From an uncultured Chloroflexia bacterium (lineage in GTDB: Bacteria > Chloroflexota > Limnocylindria > Limnocylindrales > CSP1-4): a stretch of DNA of 64,000 nt. The notes under the pieces are model-generated. The model worked only from the letters and a program-made list of their open reading frames with translations. It was not told the DNA's origin and made no database searches. Within the stretch, counting starts at the first letter, position 1, and every line of letters begins with the position of its first letter. Positions 50,279-60,034 of the stretch are shown one piece after another. The stretch covers positions 44,306-108,305 of the forward strand of contig CAVYBB010000001.1 in the NCBI GenBank assembly GCA_963766655.1, read 5' to 3'. The translations under genes were made by a program, and so were the position numbers.

Positions 50279-51830
50279 ATGCCCCAGCTCGGCGAGAGCG
50301 TGGCCGAGGGGACGATCGGCAAGTGGCTGAAGCAGCCAGGCGACACGGTCGAGAAGTACGAGCCGCTCGTCGAGGTGATCACGGACAAGGTCAACGCCGA
50401 GGTTCCGTCGCCGTTTGCCGGGATCCTTCGAGGAGATTCTCGTCGAGGAAGGTGCGACCGTCCCGAACAACGCGGACATCGCGGTCATCGAAACGGCGGA
50501 TGACGCCAATGGGACCGCCGCAGCCACGGCCCCTGCCGCGCCGGTTGAAGCGGCCACCGCTGCCGAACCGTCCGCGCCCGCCGAACCGGCGCATGGTCCC
50601 GCCGGCTCCGACGAGCGACCGGCGCCCGCCGCTCCGGATGAGCGACCGGCGCCCGCCGCTCCCGCGTCGGCGCCCGCCGCTGCCTCGGCCACTGTCGCAA
50701 GCGCCGCGCCGGCCGCTCCGACGATCGCGGACATCGACGCGCCGGGCAACCCCGACGCCCGGATGACTCCCGCCGTGCGACGCCTCCTTCGCGAGCATGG
50801 CCTGGCCGCCGCGCAGATCGTCGGGACGGGTGGCGGCGGCCGGATCACCCGCGACGACGTCACGAACTTCGTCGAATCGCAGCGGACGGGCCAGCCCGTC
50901 GGCGGCCAGTCGGCCGCGGTCTCGGCCGGAGCCGCGACCCAGGCGCAACCGGCCGCCGCGGCGGCGACCCAGGAGGCCACGACACCAGCAACGACGCCGC
51001 CCGCGACATCGGTGCCCGGTATGGCCGCGCCAGCCGCGCCTGCCGCCGCCCCCGCACGACCCGGCCCCGCCCATGAACGGGTGGCTGCATCGGGCGGGAC
51101 CTCGATCACGTTCCCGGACGGCGTGGACGAGTTCCTCGTGCCGCTGACCCAGATGCGGAAGGGCATCGCGGTCCAGATGACGAAGGCCCTCCAGGCCCCG
51201 CATGCCTACGTCCAGATGGAAGTGGACGTGACCCGCCTGGTCGCCTTCAGGGAGAAGGTCAAGCGGGACTACCAGGCGCGCGAGGGGATCGGCCTGAGCT
51301 ACGTCCCGTTCGTCGTCAAGGCGTCGGCCGAGGCGCTCAAGCGCAACCCGACGTTCAACGCCGTCTGGACCGACCAGGGCGTCGTCGCCAAGCGACGGGT
51401 CAACATCGGCGTCGCCGTTGCGGTCGACGATGGCCTGATCGTGCCGGTCATCCGCGACGCCGACCAGCTGTCGATCCACGGGCTCAACGTCGCGATCGCC
51501 GACGTCGCCGCCCGCGCCAAGGTCGGCAAGTTCAAGGTCGAGGACTTCGGCGGCGGCACCTTCACGGTCGACAACACCGGGTATCTCGGCACGAACCTCG
51601 TCATGCCGATCCTCAATGTCCCGGAGGTCGGGATCGTGACGATGGAGGCGATCACGAAGCGCCCGGTCGTCGTCTCGACCCCCGACGGCGACGTGATCGC
51701 GATCCGGCCGATCATGAACATGGTCCTGGGCGTGGACCACCGGGCCAACGACGGCGCGGGCGGGTCGGCCCTGCTCCGGGATATCAAGGCATGGCTGGAA
51801 TCCGTGGGACCGGACACGCCGGTCTACTGA
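50279..51830 (+). pseudogene. dihydrolipoamide acyltransferase (E2), single frameshift in the lipoyl domain
   Basis: [17 protein letters not shown]...[19 protein letters not shown] is in ORF 50159..50503. [11 protein letters not shown]..., the PSBD (PAVRRLLREHGL) and the catalytic domain (DHRANDG) are in ORF 50415..51830. The junction is near 50425..50430. Confidence 0.85.
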
Positions 51831-51834
51831 TCTC

Positions 51835-52278
51835 GTGCGGCCGATCGCCCGGGCCGCGCTCGCGGGCGTGCTCCTCCTCGCCGACTGTGGCTCGCCGGTC
51901 GTCCCGTCGCTCCCGCAGTTCGCCACTTCCGTGACCCAGGCATTCGATGGAACTGCGATGGTCTTCTCAGTTTCGCCCTGGCCGCTCGACGGGACCGTCG
52001 CCTTCCTGTGCCGCCGTTCGCCCGGCGCCGAGTTCACCATCGAGAACCCGAAACCGGCCGAACAGGCCGGCTGCGTTCCGCTCGAGGTCTCCACGAACGG
52101 CGACGTGTTGAGGGCCCGGTTCGACTCGAGCTCTCTGGCGCCGGAGCTCGCGGAACAGTTCGATGTTTCGGGCGCGCCCTGGTTCCTTGCCGTGTCGGGT
52201 GCCCGAGGTCCGTTCTCTGCGGCCACCGTGCTGACAGTGATCAACTCGCCGATCTTCAGCCCTCCGGGACCGAGTTGA
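51835..52278 (+). CDS. putative lipoprotein
   Basis: GTG start, signal peptide with LLLADCGS lipobox, 147 aa. Confidence 0.5.
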   Translation: MRPIARAALAGVLLLADCGSPVVPSLPQFATSVTQAFDGTAMVFSVSPWPLDGTVAFLCRRSPGAEFTIENPKPAEQAGCVPLEVSTNGDVLRARFDSSSLAPELAEQFDVSGAPWFLAVSGARGPFSAATVLTVINSPIFSPPGPS

Positions 52279-53234
52279 TGCGCGTCCTGGTCACGGGCGC
52301 CGCCGGGTTCGTCGGAGGCGCCGTTGCTCGCGCCCTGCAGCAGCGGGGCGACGATGTCGTCGCCCTGGTCCGCGATCCGAAGCGCGCGGCGGGCCTCGCC
52401 GGTCCGGGCGTCGAGCTCGTCGCGAATGACCTGTCCGATGTCTCCGAGCTCACCGAGCGGATGCAGGGCGCCGGCGCCGTCATCCACGCCGCGGGCAGCT
52501 ACCAAATCGGCATCCGCAAGGAAGCGCACGACGCGATGTGGGACGCCAACGTCGGGACGACGACACGTGTCCTGGATGCGGCCGAGGCCGCCGGCGTCCC
52601 GCGAATTGTCTATGTCTCGACCGCGAACGTCTTCGGCAACACCCGGGGTGTCGTCGTCGACGAGACGTACAGGCGGGATCTCGCCAGCGGGTTCCTCAGC
52701 TGGTATGACGAGACGAAGTACGGGGCCCACGAGGTCGCCGAGCAGCGGATCGTGTCCGGCGCACCCATCGTGATCGTGATGCCGAGCCAGGTCTACGGGC
52801 CCGGCGATCACACGGGGTTCGGGGAGCAGATGCGGCTGGCGAACGAAGGGCGGCTCCGGTACCGCGCGGCAGACGACGTCGGGGTCGGCCTGGTCCACGT
52901 CGACGACCTGGCGACAGGGATCGTCGCGGCCCTCGACCGCGGGGTGGCCGGCCAGTCGTACGTCCTGTCCGGGCCTGCGACCACGCTGCGCGGTGCGACC
53001 GAGATCGCGGCTCGGATCGGCGGGCATTCGTTGCCCCGCCTCATGATCCCGTCGGGCATCCTCCGTGCCATGGCGCCGTTCGGGCGATTCATCGGCCAGC
53101 CGAATCTCCGCGAAGTCGTCTCGGCGTCGGCCGGCGTGACCTACTGGGCGTCATCGGCGAAGGCCGCGAGTGAGCTCGGCTTCGCGCCACGCGAGATCGA
53201 GCAGGGCCTGCGCGACACGTTCGGCGCCGCCTGA
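52278..53234 (+). CDS. NAD-dependent epimerase/dehydratase (SDR) family protein
   Basis: ATG overlaps the upstream stop. [12 protein letters not shown] Rossmann motif and YDETK catalytic motif. Confidence 0.8.
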   Translation: MRVLVTGAAGFVGGAVARALQQRGDDVVALVRDPKRAAGLAGPGVELVANDLSDVSELTERMQGAGAVIHAAGSYQIGIRKEAHDAMWDANVGTTTRVLDAAEAAGVPRIVYVSTANVFGNTRGVVVDETYRRDLASGFLSWYDETKYGAHEVAEQRIVSGAPIVIVMPSQVYGPGDHTGFGEQMRLANEGRLRYRAADDVGVGLVHVDDLATGIVAALDRGVAGQSYVLSGPATTLRGATEIAARIGGHSLPRLMIPSGILRAMAPFGRFIGQPNLREVVSASAGVTYWASSAKAASELGFAPREIEQGLRDTFGAA

Positions 53235-53248
53235 CTACACTCGCCGAG

Positions 53249-54277
53249 ATGGCACGCGATCTACCGATGTTCACTCCGCCCGGGTCGGTCCACCATGGCT
53301 CGGCGGCTCCGGAGACGATCGCGATGGGCGGGTCGGTCACGCCGCTGCGCCGGCACCCCGACTGGATCCGGGCCCGGATGCCGTCCGGTGAGGACTATCA
53401 CGACCTGAAGGGCCTGCTGCGCGGCCTCAACCTCAACACCGTCTGCGAGGAGGCGCATTGCCCGAACATCGGGGAGTGCTGGGACCAGCGGACGGCGACG
53501 ATCATGATCCTCGGCGACACGTGCACCCGGGCATGCGGCTTCTGCGCGGTCAAGACCGGCCGCCCGACGTGGTTCGACGACGACGAGCCGCGGCGGGTCG
53601 CGGAGGCCGTCAGCAAGCTCGGTCTCGAGCACGTCGTCGTGACGAGCGTCGCCCGGGACGACCTGCCTGACGGCGGCGCCCGCATCTTCGCCGAGACGAT
53701 CCTCGCAATGCGCTCGACCAGCCCGGGCATGGGGATCGAGGTCCTGATCCCTGACTTCGACGGCTCCGACGAGCGGCTGCGGACGGTCATGGACGCCCGG
53801 CCCGACATCCTCAACCATAACCTCGAGACCGTGAAGCGGCTCCAGAAGCCGGTCCGCAGGCGCGCCCGCTGGGATCGCAGCCTGTACGTCCTGCGCCGGG
53901 CCAAGGAGATGTCGGTCGAGATCGGCTACGTGGCCCACACGAAGAGCTCGCTCATGGTCGGCCTGGGCGAGACGCGCGCCGAGCTGACCGAGGCGTTCGA
54001 GGCGCTGCGCGACGTCGACGTCGACATCCTGACGATCGGCCAGTACCTGCGACCGTCGGAGAAGCACCTGCCGCTCGAGCGCTACTACCACCCCGACGAG
54101 TTCGCCGAGATGAAGGTCGAGGCGCTCGGGCTCGGCTTCAAGCACGTCGAGTCGGCGCCGCTGGTCCGCTCCAGCTACCACGCCCGCGACCAGGTCCCGG
54201 GCGCCGAGCTGCGGGCGCTCCGCCGCCGCCAGGCCACGATCGATCCCGACGGCCGCGTCATCCCGACGGCGAGCTGA
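53249..54277 (+). CDS. lipA: lipoyl synthase
   Basis: [12 protein letters not shown] and radical-SAM CTRACGFC clusters. The start is ambiguous (ATG 53249 or 53324). Confidence 0.92.
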   Translation: MARDLPMFTPPGSVHHGSAAPETIAMGGSVTPLRRHPDWIRARMPSGEDYHDLKGLLRGLNLNTVCEEAHCPNIGECWDQRTATIMILGDTCTRACGFCAVKTGRPTWFDDDEPRRVAEAVSKLGLEHVVVTSVARDDLPDGGARIFAETILAMRSTSPGMGIEVLIPDFDGSDERLRTVMDARPDILNHNLETVKRLQKPVRRRARWDRSLYVLRRAKEMSVEIGYVAHTKSSLMVGLGETRAELTEAFEALRDVDVDILTIGQYLRPSEKHLPLERYYHPDEFAEMKVEALGLGFKHVESAPLVRSSYHARDQVPGAELRALRRRQATIDPDGRVIPTAS

Positions 54278-54292
54278 CCTGAGTGGCGTGGC

Positions 54293-54574
54293 TTAGGAGC
54301 GTTGACGCGTTGGCCGCCCCTGCACGCGCTCGATCGGGACCGCGAGGCCCTCGTCGAACGACTCGCCGGTTGCGCTGACTTCGTTCGTCCACGGTGGCTC
54401 GAGGGGCGGCGGCTCGCCGCGCGATTCGCGCCAGGAGACGAAGCCGGTCTGCATTGACCGACACACCGACAATCCGTGGCCGGCCACGCCCCCGGTCAGT
54501 TCGACGAGCCACCAGAACAGGGCGAAGACGCCGGCCATCGCGACACCGATGAGGACGAACGAGACGCCTGTCAT
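54293..54574 (-). CDS. small single-TM hypothetical protein
   Basis: 93-aa ORF with high GC3 and an N-terminal hydrophobic helix. Confidence 0.45.
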   Translation of the reverse strand: MTGVSFVLIGVAMAGVFALFWWLVELTGGVAGHGLSVCRSMQTGFVSWRESRGEPPPLEPPWTNEVSATGESFDEGLAVPIERVQGRPTRQRS

Positions 54575-54714
54575 CTCGACAACACTCTACTCGGCCACGG
54601 CCCGCAACTGGGTCGGCGGGGCGGCGCCCAACCTGGCCAGATTTCCACCGGGAGAACGCTAGGGGAGTTGCCCTGCTCGATCAGGACGCTCCATGGCGAG
54701 TCGTTAGCTGCCAC

Positions 54715-55747
54715 TGTCGTTCCCACTCACGTTGCGGACAGCACGTCGAGCGGGGACCGTCCATCGAGCGCGGTGTGAGGCCGGCGTCGATTGTAGAAGT
54801 CGAGATAGTGGGTCAGTCGGCGCAGCCGCTCCTTGTTCGTCCGATACGGCCGGGCGTAGGCCCATTCGTGGATGAGCGTCCCGATGAAGCGCTCGGCCTT
54901 GCCGTTGGTCTGGGGTCGGCGGACACGGGTCCGGCTGTGACGGATCCCGAGCTCGGCCAGCCGCGCCGCGTAGGCCCGCGAGCAGTACGCCGCGCCGTTG
55001 TCGGTCAGGATCCGCTCGACCGTGATCCCGTGGCCGGCGAACCAGCGGATCGCGACGTCGAGGGCCCCGACCGTGTCGATCGCGCCGGCGCTCCGGCTGA
55101 CGACGACGCAGGCGAGGCGACTGTGGTCGTCGACGAAGACCTCGAGCTGGTCGTGCCCGGGGTGCTCCGGACGGCTGCCGGACCACGGCTTGGCCCGCTC
55201 GCGATACCGGATCGGGACCCGGGTCAGGGGCTTGGCGTCCTGGTGGATGAGCGCGCCCGGATAGGGTGCGACGTAGCGGCGGACAGGTCGGCCGGTCAGC
55301 CGGTCGAGCCCGTCGAGGCGGTTGACCCGGTAGCGGCAGAGGACGCCGTAGATCGTCGAGCGGGGATGGCCGGTGAGGGGCGCCAGGCGGTGCGGGCCGT
55401 AGCGGCGGTGGCGACGGGCATCGAGGATGACCGCGATCGCCTCTGGCGGCAGGGCCCGTGGCTGGCGCTGCGGTCGCGAGCTCCGGTCGGCCAGCCCGGC
55501 CTCACCCTCGGCCCGGTAGCGGCGGACCCACTTGTAGGCGGTCGAGCGGCTGACCTGGAAGTGCCGGGCGACCTCGCTCGCCGGCCAGCCCTCGTTGATG
55601 ACCCGCTCGGCAAGAGCGAGCCGGCTGAACGTCGTCAGCCGCGCGTTAGCATGGGCCACGAGAGTCCCTCCCAAGGCGTGGTGTTAAGACACCTCCACAC
55701 CGTGGGGCGGGACTCTCATCTGTCAACAACGTTGGTGGGAACGACAC
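54715..55747 (-). mobile_element. IS481-family insertion sequence (about 1.03 kb)
   Basis: Imperfect terminal inverted repeats: TGTCGTTCCCACTCACGTTGCGGAC (left) against the reverse complement TGTCGTTCCCACCAACGTTGTTGAC (right). CCAC is found on both flanks. Confidence 0.75.
54727..55659 (-). CDS. IS481-family (DDE, rve-type) transposase
   Basis: ORF 54727..55674. The likely start is GTG 55659 behind GGGAGGG. N-terminal HTH, then an integrase core with DNGAAY...NGKAERF. Confidence 0.88.
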   Translation of the reverse strand: MAHANARLTTFSRLALAERVINEGWPASEVARHFQVSRSTAYKWVRRYRAEGEAGLADRSSRPQRQPRALPPEAIAVILDARRHRRYGPHRLAPLTGHPRSTIYGVLCRYRVNRLDGLDRLTGRPVRRYVAPYPGALIHQDAKPLTRVPIRYRERAKPWSGSRPEHPGHDQLEVFVDDHSRLACVVVSRSAGAIDTVGALDVAIRWFAGHGITVERILTDNGAAYCSRAYAARLAELGIRHSRTRVRRPQTNGKAERFIGTLIHEWAYARPYRTNKERLRRLTHYLDFYNRRRPHTALDGRSPLDVLSAT

Positions 55748-55877
55748 CACAGGCTGATTCTCCCGGTGGGAACGGTCCTCGTGGCCGTCCGAGCTGGGCT
55801 TACGTTCCCTGGGCGAACAACTGGCCACATACAGCCACGGTATCCGGGGCGGCCAGCCCGGGGCCACGCCCTCGGCT

Positions 55878-56945
55878 ATGCTGGCGACGATGGTCCGCCA
55901 GCTCTCCCGCAAGATCCAGCTCGCCGAGCTCCACTGCCATCTCGGCGGGGCGGTGACGCCGGCGATCATGTGGAGCATCGCCCACGCCCAGGGCATCAAG
56001 CTCCCGACCCGCGACTACTGGGAATTCCGGGACACGATCACGGTCTCGGACAAGCGCAACCGGTCGTTCGACGGATACCTCCAGCTCTTCCACTGGACGG
56101 AGCTCATCCAGTCCTCGCCGCTGGCGGTCGAACGGGCGGTCTACGAGGTCATCGGCGGCGCCTACCGCAAGAACAATGTCACGACGATGGAGCTCCGTTT
56201 CAACCCGATGAAGCGGAACCGCGGCGGCGAGCAGGACCTCGACCACATCATCGCCGCCGCGTCTCGCGGGATGGACCGGGCGACCCTCGAATACCCCGTC
56301 AAGCCGGGCCTCATCTTCTGCCTCGACCGGGCCTTTCCGTTCGAGTTGAACGAGATCATCACCGAGAAGGCGATCGGCTGGCACGATCGAGGCGTCGTCG
56401 GCATCGACATCGCCGGTCCGGAATCGTCCACTTTCCGGGTCGCCGACTACAAGCGCATCTTCCGGAGGGCTCGCCAGTACGGCCTCGGCCTGACCGTCCA
56501 TACCGGCGAATCGGGATCGGTCGACGAGGTCGCCCGCGTCGTCGAGCTCCTCGAACCCGACCGGATCGGCCACGGCGTGAAGGCGGCCTACGACCCGCGG
56601 GCGATGGCGATGATCCGGGAGCGCGGGATCGTCCTCGAGATCTGCCCGACGTCGAATCTCAACACCCGCGTCGTGTCTGGCTGGGAGGAGTTCCGCTGGA
56701 TCTTCGACACGTTCCGCCGCAACGAGATCCGGTTCACGATCAACACGGACGGGCCGGAGATGCTCCAGACGTACATCCGTGACGAGATGGCGACGCTCGG
56801 ACGGCTCGGGATCCTGTCGGTCGAGGACCAGGAACTCGCCGCCGCGACGTCGCTCGCCTCGTCGTTCGTCCCGAACGTGTCGGACGTCCCCGCACCTCGC
56901 CTCGCCCCGGCCACGCGCGGCGTCGTGGAGCGCGAGGAGGCCTAG
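55878..56945 (+). CDS. adenosine deaminase family protein
   Basis: ELHCHLGG, HTGE and INTD(G)P metal-ligand blocks. Confidence 0.85.
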   Translation: MLATMVRQLSRKIQLAELHCHLGGAVTPAIMWSIAHAQGIKLPTRDYWEFRDTITVSDKRNRSFDGYLQLFHWTELIQSSPLAVERAVYEVIGGAYRKNNVTTMELRFNPMKRNRGGEQDLDHIIAAASRGMDRATLEYPVKPGLIFCLDRAFPFELNEIITEKAIGWHDRGVVGIDIAGPESSTFRVADYKRIFRRARQYGLGLTVHTGESGSVDEVARVVELLEPDRIGHGVKAAYDPRAMAMIRERGIVLEICPTSNLNTRVVSGWEEFRWIFDTFRRNEIRFTINTDGPEMLQTYIRDEMATLGRLGILSVEDQELAAATSLASSFVPNVSDVPAPRLAPATRGVVEREEA

Positions 56946-56973
56946 CCCGGATCCACCGAGCCGCTGCGCCCGG

Positions 56974-57735
56974 CTAGGAGATCCTCCGGCGATAGCTGCG
57001 CATTGCGAAGACGTACGCGACGATGAGGATGCCGACGCACCATGCGAGTGCGATCCAGATGTCGCTGCCGACCGGCTGCTGTGTGAACAGGTCGCGGATC
57101 GTGTTGACGATCGACGTCACCGGCTGGTTCTCGGCGAAGGCGCGCACCGGGCCGGGCATGGTATCGGTGGGCACGAATGCCGAGCTGATGAACGGCAGGA
57201 AGATCAGGGGGTAGGAGAAGGCGCCGGCGCCGTCCACGGTCTTCGCGGACAGGCCGGCGATGACGGCGATCCACGTCAATGCCAGGGTGAAAAGGATCAG
57301 GATGCCGGCGACCGCGAGCCATGCCGTCACTCCCGCCGGTGAGCGGAAGCCCATGAGAAGTGCGACGAGGACGACGACCACGAGCGAGACGAGATTGGCG
57401 ACAATCGACGTCAGCACGTGCGCCCACAGCACGGACGACCGTGCGATCGGCATTGACTGGAATCGCTCGAAGATGCCGCTCTTCATATCCGTGAAGAGCC
57501 GGAGTGCGGTGTAGGCGATGCCCGACGCGATCGTGATGAGCAGGATGCCGGGCAGCATGTAGTTCACATACGAATCCGACCCTGTGTTGATCGCGCCGCC
57601 GAACACGTAGACGAACAGCAGCATCATGGCGACCGGCGTGATCACGGTGGTGATGATGGTGTCCGGGCTGCGCGTGATGTGGCGCAGGGACCGTCCCGTC
57701 AGGACGGCGGTGTCACCGAAGAAGTAGGTCGTCAT
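56974..57735 (-). CDS. ABC-2 type exporter permease
   Basis: 253 aa, six TM segments, immediately downstream of the ATPase gene. Confidence 0.8.
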   Translation of the reverse strand: MTTYFFGDTAVLTGRSLRHITRSPDTIITTVITPVAMMLLFVYVFGGAINTGSDSYVNYMLPGILLITIASGIAYTALRLFTDMKSGIFERFQSMPIARSSVLWAHVLTSIVANLVSLVVVVLVALLMGFRSPAGVTAWLAVAGILILFTLALTWIAVIAGLSAKTVDGAGAFSYPLIFLPFISSAFVPTDTMPGPVRAFAENQPVTSIVNTIRDLFTQQPVGSDIWIALAWCVGILIVAYVFAMRSYRRRIS

Positions 57736-57744
57736 CGTTGTTCC

Positions 57745-58560
57745 TTACTTTCCCTTGGCGCTTGTGCTATTCGCGCCATCGCTGGCGCCGTGGCCGCTGT
57801 CGCCGACGAAGGTGAGGAAGATGTCCTCGAGCGTCGGCTGCTTCTCGACGTATTCGACCTTGGCGGGCGGCAGTAGACGCTTGAGTTCGGCGAGGGTGCC
57901 GTTCACGAGAATCCGACCCTCATGGAGGATCGCGATGCGGTCGGCGAGCTGTTCCGCCTCGTCGAGATACTGGGTCGTGAGCAGCACCGTCGTGCCGTGC
58001 TCGGCGAGGTCCTTGACGGCCTGCCACACCTCGATGCGTCCCTGGGGGTCGAGCCCGGTCGTCGGCTCGTCGAGGAAGATGACCGGCGGATTCCCGATGA
58101 GGCTCATCGCGATGTCGAGGCGGCGACGCATGCCACCCGAATACGTCGACACCCTCCGCGCGGCCGCGTCGGTCAGTGAGAAACGAGCGAGAAGGTCATC
58201 CGCGATCGCGCCCGCGTCCTTGAGGTGTCGCAACCGGGCGACCAAGACGAGGTTCTCCCGCCCGGTGAGGATCTCGTCGACGGCCGCGAACTGTCCGGTG
58301 AGGCTGAAGGACTCCCGCACGTTCGCAGCCTGGGTGGCGACGTCGAAGCCGTTGACGCTGACGGTCCCCGCGTCGGCCTTGAGCAGCGTGGACAGGATGT
58401 TCACGACCGTGGTCTTGCCCGCCCCGTTCGAGCCGAGCAGGGCGAAGATGGTGCCCCCCGCGACGTCAAAGTCCACGCCGCGCAGCACGTGGAGCTGCTT
58501 GAAGGACTTCTCCAGGGCCTGCACATGGATCGCAGGCCCCTGGACTGGATTGGGGGTCAT
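57745..58560 (-). CDS. ABC transporter ATP-binding protein (DrrA-like)
   Basis: ATG 58560 behind AAGGAG. Walker A GSNGAGKTT, signature YSGGMRRRL, Walker B IFLDEPTTGLD. Confidence 0.9.
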   Translation of the reverse strand: MTPNPVQGPAIHVQALEKSFKQLHVLRGVDFDVAGGTIFALLGSNGAGKTTVVNILSTLLKADAGTVSVNGFDVATQAANVRESFSLTGQFAAVDEILTGRENLVLVARLRHLKDAGAIADDLLARFSLTDAAARRVSTYSGGMRRRLDIAMSLIGNPPVIFLDEPTTGLDPQGRIEVWQAVKDLAEHGTTVLLTTQYLDEAEQLADRIAILHEGRILVNGTLAELKRLLPPAKVEYVEKQPTLEDIFLTFVGDSGHGASDGANSTSAKGK

Positions 58561-58628
58561 CGGTGCTCCTTCTTTCGCTCGATGCTCTCGCAGCGTTGAT
58601 CCGTCTGTTATCGCTGTCAGCATACGGC

Positions 58629-58650
58629 GTATACTGCGTCCGCAGTGTAC
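58629..58650. promoter_or_regulatory. 22-bp near-perfect palindrome GTATACTGCG-TC-CGCAGTGTAC (candidate TetR operator)
   Basis: Lies in the 115-bp divergent region between the ABC ATPase and TetR genes. It is flanked by direct copies of CGGCGTATACT. Confidence 0.5.
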
Positions 58651-58675
58651 GTATGCGGCGTATACTTGTCAAGCG

Positions 58676-59431
58676 ATGAAGCGAAACGACACAGAGCCCG
58701 TGCAGGCGCTTGGACGACCCGGCCTGACCCGCGAGGCCGTCGTGGCCCGTGCGCTCGAGATCGGCAACGCCGAAGGCCTCGAGGCGGTCAGCCTGCGACG
58801 CCTCGCGCAGGAACTCGGGGTCACGCCGATGGCCCTCTACCGTCACGTTCGCGACAAGCAGGACCTGATCAACGCCATGACCGAGGTCGTCCTCGAGGGC
58901 ATCGACGCCACGGTCGGGCTCCGCCCCGAGATGACCTGGATCGAACGGATACGCCTGTTCATCGACAACTACAAAGAGCAGATCGACGCGCGTCCGCTTG
59001 CCCTTCCCCTCAGCATCGCCTACAACGCCGAAGGACCCCCGGGCTTCTGGAAGGTGCTGGAGGACCTCCTGGCCATCCTGCTCGATGCGGGGTTTGGGCG
59101 ACGGGAGGCGATCGTTCTGATCCGCATGATTTCGAACCTCCTCGCCGGCTACCTGCTGCTCCTCCAGCAGGGCGCGGCTGCCGGGCAAGCGCTCTCCTGG
59201 CTCGACGCCCACCAGCTCGACCTGTTGCGACGGCGCTTCGAGCTCGCGCAGCTGAGCCTGCCCCGCGACGAGTTCCCGAACCTGGTCGAAAGCGCGGAAG
59301 ACACGGCCGAGGTCTGGCTGACTGACCCAAATCAATGGTGGGGGAATACGGTTGACTTGATCACGTTCGGGTTGGAGCGAATGCTAGAGCGCAGCCGCGA
59401 CAGATCACGACCGCAGGGAAGCGCGTCGTAA
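58676..59431 (+). CDS. TetR family transcriptional regulator
   Basis: ATG 58676. HTH SLRRLAQELGVTPMALYRHVRDKQDL. Confidence 0.85.
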   Translation: MKRNDTEPVQALGRPGLTREAVVARALEIGNAEGLEAVSLRRLAQELGVTPMALYRHVRDKQDLINAMTEVVLEGIDATVGLRPEMTWIERIRLFIDNYKEQIDARPLALPLSIAYNAEGPPGFWKVLEDLLAILLDAGFGRREAIVLIRMISNLLAGYLLLLQQGAAAGQALSWLDAHQLDLLRRRFELAQLSLPRDEFPNLVESAEDTAEVWLTDPNQWWGNTVDLITFGLERMLERSRDRSRPQGSAS

Positions 59432-59438
59432 CTCGCTC

Positions 59439-59594
59439 CTACGCTGACGGCCGGCTGCTCGCGGCGCGCGCGATGGCATCGGTGAGTCCCTTCCGCGCCC
59501 GGGTGGGGAGATAGCCCCCGTTCGAGTAGTTCTGGACGAACGCCTCGACGAACTCCACCGGGTCGTCCCCGACGATCCCAGATGACGGAGATGC
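59439..59594 (-). pseudogene. orphan C-terminal gene fragment (about 51 codons)
   Basis: The minus-frame peptide IVGDDPVEFVEAFVQNYSNGGYLPTRARKGLTDAIARAASS... has high GC3 and is bounded upstream by a TGA. Possible upstream pieces are in other frames. Confidence 0.25.
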
Positions 59595-59722
59595 TCAACC
59601 GGCTCTCGCGTGGGTCCGGGCTCAGCGCGCGGACTTCGAGCTTGACTGCGCATGGTTGGCGTTTGATACTACGACCGTCGATATATCGGCCGTCGGAGCA
59701 GGGAGCAGCCGTGGATGGTCGG

Positions 59723-60034
59723 ATGCCCGAATTGGGACGGTTCGGCGAACCGGCCCTCGTCATTCTCGTGAGCCTCAGTGACGGGCCGAAGCACGGGTAC
59801 GGGATCACCATGGACGTCGAGGCGAGCACGGGACGCCCCTTGGGACCTGGCACCTTGTACGCCGCGCTCGCCCGCCTCGAAGAAGCTGGACTGATCGAGG
59901 CGCTACCGCCGGAGAACCGGCGTCGACCGTATCGACTCACTGGCCTGGGCGAGACGGTTCTGGCCGCGCATCTTCGCGAACTCTCCGATCTCGTCCGTGT
60001 CGGCCTCGACCGATTGGGCCGGGCTGCGCGGTGA
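59723..60034 (+). CDS. PadR family transcriptional regulator
   Basis: GPKHGYGI...GTLYAALARLEEAGLIE. Confidence 0.85.
   Translation: MPELGRFGEPALVILVSLSDGPKHGYGITMDVEASTGRPLGPGTLYAALARLEEAGLIEALPPENRRRPYRLTGLGETVLAAHLRELSDLVRVGLDRLGRAAR

Noticed and set aside
50420-50435. Programmed ribosomal frameshift in E2.
   Set aside because: There is no X XXY YYZ slippery heptamer and no obvious downstream stimulatory structure. Similar indels are scattered through many unrelated genes.
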